Below are positions 18,762-25,735 of a stretch of 32,000 nt of DNA, one piece after another. This DNA comes from Synechococcus elongatus PCC 6301 (GTDB lineage Bacteria > Cyanobacteriota > Cyanobacteriia > Synechococcales > Synechococcaceae). The notes under the pieces are model-generated. The model had not been told where the DNA came from. It was given only the letters and a program-made list of their open reading frames with translations, and ran no database searches. Numbering within the stretch: the stretch's first letter is position 1; each line of letters opens with the position of its first letter. The position numbers and the translations under genes were made by a program. Location: assembly GCF_000010065.1 (NCBI RefSeq), contig NC_006576.1, positions 2,070,001 through 2,102,000 of the forward strand. Direction: 5' to 3'.

Positions 18762-18859
18762 TTGCCAATGACCCAGGGTAATTCGCTGTATCCATGCTGG
18801 GATTGTTGTAGGCGATCGCAGGCCGGTGCTTCTGCCACGCAAGCTACAAATTGCCGCCC

Positions 18860-20122
18860 TTAAAACTGGAGTCTTTGCGCCACCGTCTGTACGTCTTTAT
18901 CGCCACGTCCCGAGCAGTTGATCACCAAGTTGGGATTGCCGCTCAAGGTTGGACAGAGCTTCTCAAGGTGAGCAAAAGCGTGGGCTGTTTCCAGCGCCGG
19001 AATGATGCCCTCCAGTCGCGAAATTCGTTGGAACGCTTCGAGTGCTTCGTCATCGGTGACGCTGTAGTACTCGGCACGCCCCGCATCCATCAGGTAGCTG
19101 TGCTCAGGGCCCACACCGGGGTAGTCCAGACCAGCGCTGATTGAGTGGGCTTCGATCACCTGCCCATCGTCATCTTGGAGCAGGTAGCTCATCGCTCCAT
19201 GTAGGACGCCGACGCGGCCTTTAGTCAGCGTGGCGGCATGTTCCGGCGTATCAACGCCGCGACCGGCAGCTTCCACGCCAATTAATCGCACCGAAGGCTC
19301 ATTAACGAACTCGTTGAACAGACCCATGGCATTCGAGCCACCGCCAACACAGGCCAGCAGAATATCTGGCAGGCCGCCCCAGAGTGTCTGGGCTTGCTGG
19401 CGCACTTCGCGGCCAATCATGCTGTGGAACTCCCGCACGATCATCGGGTAGGGGTGCGGGCCTGCTACTGAACCGAGGATGTAGTGCGTCGTTTCGACGT
19501 TGGTCACCCAGTCGCGAATTGCTTCGGAAGTGGCATCTTTGAGCGTTCCAGAGCCTGCTGCCACACCCCGCACTTCCGCGCCCATCAAACGCATCCGGAA
19601 GACGTTAAGAGCCTGGCGCTCCATGTCATGGACGCCCATGTAGATCACGCACTCCAGACCAAAGCGGGCGCAGACCGTCGCTGTGGCTACGCCATGCTGA
19701 CCTGCGCCGGTTTCCGCAATGATCCGCTTTTTGCCCATGCGCTTGGCCATCAAAGCCTGACCCAGGGCATTGTTAATTTTGTGGGCGCCCGTGTGGTTGA
19801 GGTCTTCGCGCTTCAGGTAGATGTTGGGGCCTTGACCGTCGGGACGGCGGTAGTATTCCGTCAGTCGCTCGGCGAAGTAGAGCGGGTTGGGGCGACCGAC
19901 GTAGTCGCGTAGCAGTCCTTCAAATTCCGCTTGAAACTCGGGGTCGCGGCTATAGCGAGCAAAGGCTTGTTCCAGCTCTGCCAAGGCTGGCATCAGGGTT
20001 TCGGGCACGTATTGGCCGCCAAAGCGACCAAAGCGCCCTAGTGGATCGGGCCGTTCGCCCAAGTTTGCGATCGCGTTGGCCCACGCGTTGGTGGTGGATG
20101 GATTGACCGGCGTTTGTGTCAC
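18860..20122 (-). CDS. trpB: Tryptophan synthase beta subunit
   Basis: 420 aa with a GTG start. Blocks seen: [28 protein letters not shown] (PLP Lys), [35 protein letters not shown]. Confidence 0.95.
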   Translation of the reverse strand: MTQTPVNPSTTNAWANAIANLGERPDPLGRFGRFGGQYVPETLMPALAELEQAFARYSRDPEFQAEFEGLLRDYVGRPNPLYFAERLTEYYRRPDGQGPNIYLKREDLNHTGAHKINNALGQALMAKRMGKKRIIAETGAGQHGVATATVCARFGLECVIYMGVHDMERQALNVFRMRLMGAEVRGVAAGSGTLKDATSEAIRDWVTNVETTHYILGSVAGPHPYPMIVREFHSMIGREVRQQAQTLWGGLPDILLACVGGGSNAMGLFNEFVNEPSVRLIGVEAAGRGVDTPEHAATLTKGRVGVLHGAMSYLLQDDDGQVIEAHSISAGLDYPGVGPEHSYLMDAGRAEYYSVTDDEALEAFQRISRLEGIIPALETAHAFAHLEKLCPTLSGNPNLVINCSGRGDKDVQTVAQRLQF

Positions 20123-20226
20123 GATCGGCTCTGAACCCCAGGCAGAACGTCAGTTGCTTCCATTGTGCCACTGGTCAGAGAAGCCCAGAAACAGGACGGG
20201 GAACGGACGCACGGAGAACTCATCCC

Positions 20227-20562
20227 TTGGCTCAAAAGAAAAATAGCGATCGCATTGTTTGGCGCGAGTTTGGTAGTCAGGATGCTGCGTTGGAACGAGG
20301 GCAGCCCGATCGCCCGCCCGCTCAGCATGATCTCCGCATCCAGTGCAGCCGTAAGGGGCGCGGCGGCAAAACCGTGACGATCATCACGGGCTTCCAGCAT
20401 CGGCCAGAAACGCTGGCGAGCCTGTGCAAAAAACTGAAGGCGCGTTGTGGCAGTGGCGGTACCGTTAAGGACGACACGATCGAGATTCAGGGCGACCACC
20501 GTCAAACCCTGCTAGAGGCACTCAAGGGCTTGGGCTACGGTGCAAAACTGAGCGGCGGCTGA
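20227..20562 (+). CDS. SUI1/YciH-family translation initiation factor homologue (probable TTG start)
   Basis: The SUI1 domain (RIQCSRKGRGGKTVTIITGF...KKLKARCGSGGTVKDDTIEIQGDHR...LGYGAKLSGG) occupies the last ~85 codons. There is no ATG between 20116 and the domain. The in-frame TTG at 20227 lies 9 nt after GGAGA (20213-20217) and gives a family-typical 111 aa. The 148-aa version would overlap the trpB start. Confidence 0.75.
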   Translation: MAQKKNSDRIVWREFGSQDAALERGQPDRPPAQHDLRIQCSRKGRGGKTVTIITGFQHRPETLASLCKKLKARCGSGGTVKDDTIEIQGDHRQTLLEALKGLGYGAKLSGG

Positions 20563-20999
20563 AGCTCTGCGCTGGCTTTTTCCTGCAGGAGTCGGCCTGC
20601 TTCCAGAGCTGGTAGGGGGATTCCCTTTTCGGTGGGAATGTAGATCACGGTGCGATCGCTTTGGTTTTGGCTCTCAGCGACACTTGTAATCCAAAGCCAC
20701 TGCAGATAGACCTCGTTCTCTTTCAGGGAATTGCCAATGATTTGGTTGGACTGGGCTAAACCCCGCGCCCGTTCAACTTCGGCTTGGGCTTGAAGTTTGG
20801 CGCTATCCAATTTGGCTTGTGCTTCAAGGACGGCGATGCGGCGAGTGTATTCCGCTTCTTTGAGCTGGGCTTCACCGCGTAGCTTTTGCACATAAATCCC
20901 GTACTGCGGCCCTAGTCCGAGCCAAAGACCAATCAGTAGAACGAGGGACAAGGCGATCGCCAGAATCGGACGCCAAGACGGAGGTGTATTTTTAGTCAT
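20535..20999 (-). CDS. Single-pass membrane protein with coiled coil, resembling the C-terminal part of SPFH/prohibitin proteins
   Basis: 154 aa with an ATG start. TM helix ILAIALSLVLLIGLWLGL, then an A/E/Q-rich coiled coil and ...YLQWLWITSVAESQNQSDRTVIYIPTE. Its 3' end overlaps the convergent SUI1 gene by 28 nt. A decayed copy lies at 25516-25700. Confidence 0.6.
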   Translation of the reverse strand: MTKNTPPSWRPILAIALSLVLLIGLWLGLGPQYGIYVQKLRGEAQLKEAEYTRRIAVLEAQAKLDSAKLQAQAEVERARGLAQSNQIIGNSLKENEVYLQWLWITSVAESQNQSDRTVIYIPTEKGIPLPALEAGRLLQEKASAELQPPLSFAP

Positions 21000-21377
21000 T
21001 GCGCTAACTGCAACTGTAGCAAAACTGCCCCTGTTGTAGCTGATTTAGGCTTGAAGCTAGATGAGCTAGCTATTTGGACATGAGCGACGCGACACTGTAC
21101 TGCTTTGATGCTATTCCACCCATTTCAAGGCGCGATCTTAGCTTTGTTGACTACAGGAAATGCACAAAGTAGACACCAAACTATTAAGGCTTCCTCACAA
21201 ACATTGTGGTGACTTTCACTTAATCATCTCCAGATAATCGTTTGGTTTTGAGCTAATTGAAAACTCCAGCAAAGTAACGATCTCGTTGTGTGTGTTGATC
21301 GTTAGTCAATGGATTTAATAAACAATAGTAACTATTGCGCCTTTAGAAACTAATGATTAGAAAAAATTTGTTAAAGC

Positions 21378-21731
21378 TTACTCTGGAGAAACGAGTTTAT
21401 ATCCTGCATCAGACGGCGACACGACAGAAATAAAAATCAATGGCTCGTCACCATTGTTGAACACTCCATGTACACAGCCAGTGGGAGCAATTACCACGTC
21501 TCCTGCAGCAATCGCCTTCTTCGTTCCTTCTGCATCCAGACAATATTCTCCCTTCCCACTCAAAATAGTCCAGGTATCTTGTCCATGAGGATGGATATGC
21601 GAATGGATTTCCTGCCCTGGCTTGATATACCAACCTACAACAACAGCTTCCTTAGATTCAGTTATGACTGATCGAATAGGCTCTTCGTCGGCTGGCCGAA
21701 AAAAATCAGTAGCTCTGTATATTCTGCTCAT
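21378..21731 (-). CDS. Cupin-domain protein (cupin_2)
   Basis: 117 aa. GQEIHSHIHPHGQDTWTILSGKGEY...GDVVIAPTGCVHGVFNNG shows the two cupin motifs with metal-binding His residues. AT-rich, with no HIP1. Confidence 0.8.
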   Translation of the reverse strand: MSRIYRATDFFRPADEEPIRSVITESKEAVVVGWYIKPGQEIHSHIHPHGQDTWTILSGKGEYCLDAEGTKKAIAAGDVVIAPTGCVHGVFNNGDEPLIFISVVSPSDAGYKLVSPE

Positions 21732-22122
21732 ACCTAACTTTTCTCTTTGTTCCAGATCAAAAACAACGTAGGTGGAAAGAATAGACTGATCTCACAAGGC
21801 TTTTTGTGTTGCTGACAACATTTCAGTGACTCAGATTTGATTGAATGCTAGGCGATTTAATCTCACTGTTTCTATACAAGTGATGCAAGCTAAATACCAT
21901 TCCAGTTGAGCAGCTGCAAACAGCTTCAGTATGACCAATAAGATCTCTTTTCAGTTTGCTCTAACTGGGTTGTTGGCTAGGAGTAAATCTGATGAGAAAT
22001 AGCTCTGTAGATACTGTAAAGCAAGGCGTTTCGTTTCTATCACTAGATGCTGCCGAAATGATTGTTCTTGACCAAGGGCAAGCCATAGTAACGTGCCGAT
22101 CGCTTTAACCAACACAAAGGCT

Positions 22123-22221
22123 ATCGCCTAATTCAACCCTCAAGGTTTATCAGCCGTAGCCGTCTTTTTCGTAGTAATTCAGTGCGGCAAGGACTTGGAG
22201 AATCATTAGCTAGCGATCGCG
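22123..22221 (+). repeat. 99-bp direct repeat, copy 1 (begins at a degenerate HIP1 site and ends at an intact one)
   Basis: 88 of 99 positions are identical to 23779-23877 with no gaps. It starts at GGCTATCGCC (a degenerate HIP1) and ends at AGCGATCGCG. Confidence 0.9.
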
Positions 22222-22287
22222 AACATCGTTTAGTTACACAGGTCAGTGCTGCTTTAAACTTCTGTTCGACGTCACCTAGCCCACGGA

Positions 22288-22695
22288 TCACTCCTTAAAA
22301 GCTTTCGCCCAGTAATACGGCTGGACCTCCCCAAGCGTCTTGGCGATCCACCTGCGAGCATCTTGAGCGGTGGGCGTGGCGACCTCCACGCTCTCTCCCC
22401 AGTGAAATAGGCGCTCCTGACAGATTCCACACGGGGTCAGGATCATAATTGGGCCATCGCCCGACAACCGCGAGACGCACACCGAAGCCGTGATCCGTTT
22501 GTCTAACTTCACTGCTTCACAGATGGCGCCCGTTTCGGCACACAATCCACCCCCGCCCCACTCAGGCTGGAAGACAACGCTCGTTAGGATCTGACCGTCG
22601 TCCGTGTATAAAGCTGCCGCAATCCCTTCTGCCATTGGAAAGCGTTGTTCCAAGAGATCAATGGCAGCGTCGACTAGCGCTTGGTCAAGCTTCAT
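22288..22695 (-). CDS. Cytidine deaminase-fold zinc enzyme, blasticidin-S-deaminase-like
   Basis: 135 aa from ATG 22695, preceded by GAGGAG with a 6-nt spacer. LCAETGAI (C-A-E zinc/catalytic motif) and PCGICQERL (PCxxC). The overall layout resembles small tetrameric CDA/BSD enzymes. GC-rich, unlike its neighbours. Confidence 0.8.
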   Translation of the reverse strand: MKLDQALVDAAIDLLEQRFPMAEGIAAALYTDDGQILTSVVFQPEWGGGGLCAETGAICEAVKLDKRITASVCVSRLSGDGPIMILTPCGICQERLFHWGESVEVATPTAQDARRWIAKTLGEVQPYYWAKAFKE

Positions 22696-22816
22696 CGCTA
22701 TCTCCTCATTCTGTTGCATTGCCACTTCTCGGCAGCTCAACGTTCCGCTTCAGCCGCTGCGACGCTCTCTCACTCCTAACCGATACCCTTGATACGGTCG
22801 GTGTGCAAGCGGATTG

Positions 22817-23428
22817 TTACGCGTTTTCTCTCGCCATTTTTACGTAGCCAGGAATGCTCTCAAAATCTTTGAACCATCGCTGAATATTTTTGTACTCTGA
22901 CAAATCAAAGCCACCCTCATGGGCGACATGCGTGTATGCATACAAACTGATATCAGCAATGGATGCATTCACACCAAGGAAAAATCTATTTTCAGCTAAA
23001 TGTTGTTCCATCACGGTAAGAGCCTTATGCCCACCAGCTTGCTTCGCGTGATATTCTGCTTCCCGCTCTTTGGGTAATCCCAAGTACTTATTGATGTATC
23101 TTGCTGTTGCAATATATGGCTCGTGACTATATTGCTCAAAAAACTGCCACTGTAAGACTTTAGCCCTTTCATACTTTTCTTGTGGCAGAAATTCAGTTCC
23201 TTCCGCAAGGTAATTCAAGATTGCATTAGACTCCCATAGATACTTGCCATCATCCAACTCTACGACTGGTATTCTTGCATTTGGATTCATCCGCTTAAAT
23301 TCTTTGGTATGAGTTTCGTTAGCAAGTATGTCAACATGAACCCATTGATGGGGCATATCAATAAATTGCATCAGTAATTTGATCTTGTAGCAGTTCCCAG
23401 ACAACATATCTCCGAAAACCTTATACAT
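22817..23428 (-). CDS. Glutathione S-transferase
   Basis: 203 aa. The N-terminal thioredoxin-like domain has SGNCYK, RIPVVELDDGKYLWESNAILNYL (cis-Pro and ES motif). The C-terminal domain is helical. AT-rich, with no HIP1. Confidence 0.85.
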   Translation of the reverse strand: MYKVFGDMLSGNCYKIKLLMQFIDMPHQWVHVDILANETHTKEFKRMNPNARIPVVELDDGKYLWESNAILNYLAEGTEFLPQEKYERAKVLQWQFFEQYSHEPYIATARYINKYLGLPKEREAEYHAKQAGGHKALTVMEQHLAENRFFLGVNASIADISLYAYTHVAHEGGFDLSEYKNIQRWFKDFESIPGYVKMARENA

Positions 23429-23497
23429 ATGCTTTTTGTCCTCAACTCACGTATTCTTCATGGTCAACTAACTTTACAACTTTTCTTGTCCGCGTAA

Positions 23498-23722
23498 TGC
23501 ATAACATATATATCTCCGGCTAATGCTTGGATGTCTACTTGTATATCTATAGATGAAATTATTGATGACTTTCCTGATCTAACAGAAGCTGATATCAGAT
23601 TCATCGATCAGCTGATTGAGGTTGCTACACGCCTCAGTAGCAGTAATCCTGATCATGACAAACCTCTACGCATGCTCAACTCTTCATCAAGAGTACGCTT
23701 TCCGGTACTTACGGCAAGTTAA
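23498..23722 (+). pseudogene. Possible remnant of a DUF433-type (antitoxin-like) gene
   Basis: ISIDEIIDDFPDLTEADIRF resembles the C-terminal eeIl-dyP-Lt-edI signature of DUF433. The expected N-terminal half is missing (in-frame stop at 23495-23497) and the tail is unrelated. Weak call. Confidence 0.25.
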
Positions 23723-23778
23723 CCGTCGCGCACAACGCTAGCTGAGATATATGGGTGTAGATGGGCTCGTTGATGGCG

Positions 23779-23877
23779 ATCGCCCAATTCAACCCTCAGG
23801 GTTTGTTGCCCGTAGCCGTCTTTTTCGCAGTAATCCGGTGCGGCAAGGACTTGGAGAATCGTTGGCTAGCGATCGCG
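23779..23877 (+). repeat. 99-bp direct repeat, copy 2 (begins and ends at HIP1 sites)
   Basis: Partner of 22123-22221. It starts at GGCGATCGCC and ends at AGCGATCGCG. Confidence 0.9.
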
Positions 23878-24070
23878 CCATTCAAAATCGGGTCGCCTGA
23901 TCAGGGGACCGCAGGCAAAAAACCTAGGTGCGATCGCCATCTGTAAGTGAAGCTCAATAAAATGATAAACTATCAAAGCTTTCGCGGAAAAGCAGCAGCG
24001 TAAACCTAGGTATTTACAGATAATCTCTAGCTGCTTTCTTCCTGAGAGTTCCAGTAGTACAACGGTAAAT

Positions 24071-25096
24071 TTAGCTAACTTTTCTAGCTTCTATAATGTT
24101 TTTCTCAATGCTTTTAACAACAAAGGGAGATATCTTTGTATGTCTAGGAACAGGAGTAATTCCCTTCGATTGAGGATGCTGCCAAATTTCGTGTCCACCT
24201 CCTTCTCTAATTTTTATGAATCCTTCTCTTTGTAATAACCGGATAATTTCTGATTTCGACAACTCAGAAAATTTAACTATAGAAAAGTTTGATTTGCGAT
24301 TAAAATTTTCTTGAACTTTGGCTTCAAAATTAAGAATCGAATCCTCAAAAAAGGAGCTATATTCGTTAGCAGCAGAAGTTAGGATTTTGTAAACTGGTTC
24401 AACAAGACTGAGGGTTTTGATATTTCTTATCTTGACTTGATAATCTTTAATATAGTGTGACTTCTCAAGCTTTTCTTTAATCTTCTTTTCTAGGTTGTCA
24501 ATCTTAATTGATCCATGTTTGCTAGCCATATTTTCGGTGGATGTAATAATTGACCAATAAATAGATTTTATGTATTCATAAATATTTCTGTCAGTCTTAT
24601 TAGGCAAGATAATAACTATACGAGAGCTATCAAAGCTTGCCCAAAGAACGATCGCTGGTAATTCAGACAAGTTAATCCCAAACCCTTTAGCAGCAATTCG
24701 AGCCGCTTCATGTGCCTGTTTTTTGCCGCAAAAAAGAGTAGAGAGCCAATCGTTACTATCTGCCATGTAAGCATCAATGTCTTCTGCCCCTAACTCCTGC
24801 AAAAAGGCTCTTATTCTGTTGTGAGCGGGTTTTAAAATCTCTTCTATGTATACATGATTAGAATGCAAGAATTTAATGTTTGGGGTATAAGGCAAGTAAA
24901 TATTAGGAGTACGACCTGTTCGGTTATGTAGCCACCAAGCGAGTTGAGGGTTTTGATCGCTTAATGCTGTATCCCATTCATCCAATTCACAATCATGCAA
25001 AAGAAGCGAAGATGACCATATTTTACTGTAATGCTGCCTCAAATGAGAAATAAATCCAGAAACAGCAAAATAAGAAAGGTCAGGAATTGGAATCAT
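24071..25096 (-). CDS. 341-aa protein: unknown 278-aa N-terminal domain fused to a C-terminal HicA/YcfA-type mRNA-interferase toxin domain
   Basis: ATG start. The C-terminal ~63 aa (nt 24074-24262) read LSKSEIIRLLQREGFIKIREGGGHEIWQHPQSKGITPVPRHTKISPFVVKSIEKNI. This fits the HicA pattern (L..xGF, G-[SG]-H, hP.H, I..hh..I). Very AT-rich, with no HIP1. Confidence 0.75.
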   Translation of the reverse strand: MIPIPDLSYFAVSGFISHLRQHYSKIWSSSLLLHDCELDEWDTALSDQNPQLAWWLHNRTGRTPNIYLPYTPNIKFLHSNHVYIEEILKPAHNRIRAFLQELGAEDIDAYMADSNDWLSTLFCGKKQAHEAARIAAKGFGINLSELPAIVLWASFDSSRIVIILPNKTDRNIYEYIKSIYWSIITSTENMASKHGSIKIDNLEKKIKEKLEKSHYIKDYQVKIRNIKTLSLVEPVYKILTSAANEYSSFFEDSILNFEAKVQENFNRKSNFSIVKFSELSKSEIIRLLQREGFIKIREGGGHEIWQHPQSKGITPVPRHTKISPFVVKSIEKNIIEARKVS

Positions 25097-25329
25097 TTTT
25101 GAGTTAACACTTAGAGGTTAATATATAATCGCAGAATTTTACAGTCTCATGATAAGAGCTTGCTACCGAGAGACTTAAATAGCTAGCTAACATATACATC
25201 TCTGACTAATAACTGAATCTCTACTTTAGCCAAGGCTTTCTCCTTTGCTTCATAAAGCAGTACCCCGTTAGGGTTGAATAATCACCACCTTGTAGATTAG
25301 TCCTCTTGTCAAGACTTTGATCTGGCTTA

Positions 25330-25515
25330 ATGGACACCAACACTCCTACCCCCAGACCCAGAAAGCTCCTGGAGCACATCACTAACGTGCTCTAGGTCAA
25401 ACACTGCTCCTACCCAACTGAGAAGGTTTATCTTCTTTGGCTCTGTCGCTGTATCCTATTGCACCATAAGCAACACCCAAGGGAGAGAAGCGACGGAGAG
25501 GTCAATGCCTTGCTC
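25330..25515 (+). pseudogene. N-terminal remnant of a tyrosine recombinase with SAM-like N-domain (integron-integrase-like), in-frame stop and 3' truncation
   Basis: The translation is MDTNTPTPRPRKLLEHITNVL*VKHCSYPTEKVYLLWLCRCILLHHKQHPRERSDGEVNALL. It parallels the conserved N-terminus of IntI-type recombinases (..LLDQ.R..IR..HYS.RTE.AY..W...FI.FH..RHP......EV.AFL). Stop codon at 25393-25395. Homology ends abruptly at ~25515. Confidence 0.6.
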
Positions 25516-25700
25516 TGTGGGATGTAGATCAGGGTGCGATCGCTCTGGTTCTGACTTTCAGCCACGCTGGTAGTCCAGATCCACTGGAGATAAACCTCGT
25601 TCTCTTTCTAAGAATTGCCAATGAATCGCGCAGACGGGACGCCATGAAGGCGATATGTTTCCAGTCATTTCTCTGACTGCAGATAAGGCAAAACTGTTAC
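25516..25700 (-). pseudogene. Decayed partial copy of the 154-aa membrane-protein gene at 20535-20999
   Basis: 25516-25624 aligns with 20631-20740 at roughly 80-85% identity by eye. 25624-25696 aligns with about 20955-21027 (start codon and 5' leader). About 214 bp of the middle is deleted, which shifts the frame. The C-terminal homologous part carries a stop (IGNS*KENEVYLQWIW). Confidence 0.75.
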
Positions 25701-25735
25701 TTACATAGGCAATCGCTCCCTAAAATTCATAGGAT

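Noticed and set aside
21931-22108. Two short plus-strand ORFs (23 and 38 aa) in the gap between the cupin gene and repeat copy 1, vaguely like the C-terminus of a LysR-type regulator
   Set aside because: The similarity is too weak to support by eye and the ORFs are tiny and broken. I mention them only as a possible gene relic.
22123-22221. The 99-bp repeats as bona fide integron attC sites
   Set aside because: A GTTGAAT core (GTTRRRY) is present at the cassette-sense 3' end. However, I could not find the complementary R''/L'' arm or the long imperfect hairpin that defines attC. The only internal pairings are 5-bp stems. I kept it as a low-weight hypothesis to be tested with the attC covariance model.
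22123-22740. Link between the A/T-directed transitions in repeat copy 1 and the adjacent cytidine-deaminase-fold gene
   Set aside because: The enzyme looks like a small free-nucleoside/blasticidin-type deaminase, not a polynucleotide (APOBEC-like or DddA-like) deaminase. Ordinary AT-biased mutational decay explains the pattern more simply.
23761-23946. 61-aa plus-strand ORF running through repeat copy 2
   Set aside because: The equivalent frame in repeat copy 1 is not open. Differences between the copies do not show a coding (synonymous-biased) pattern in any frame.
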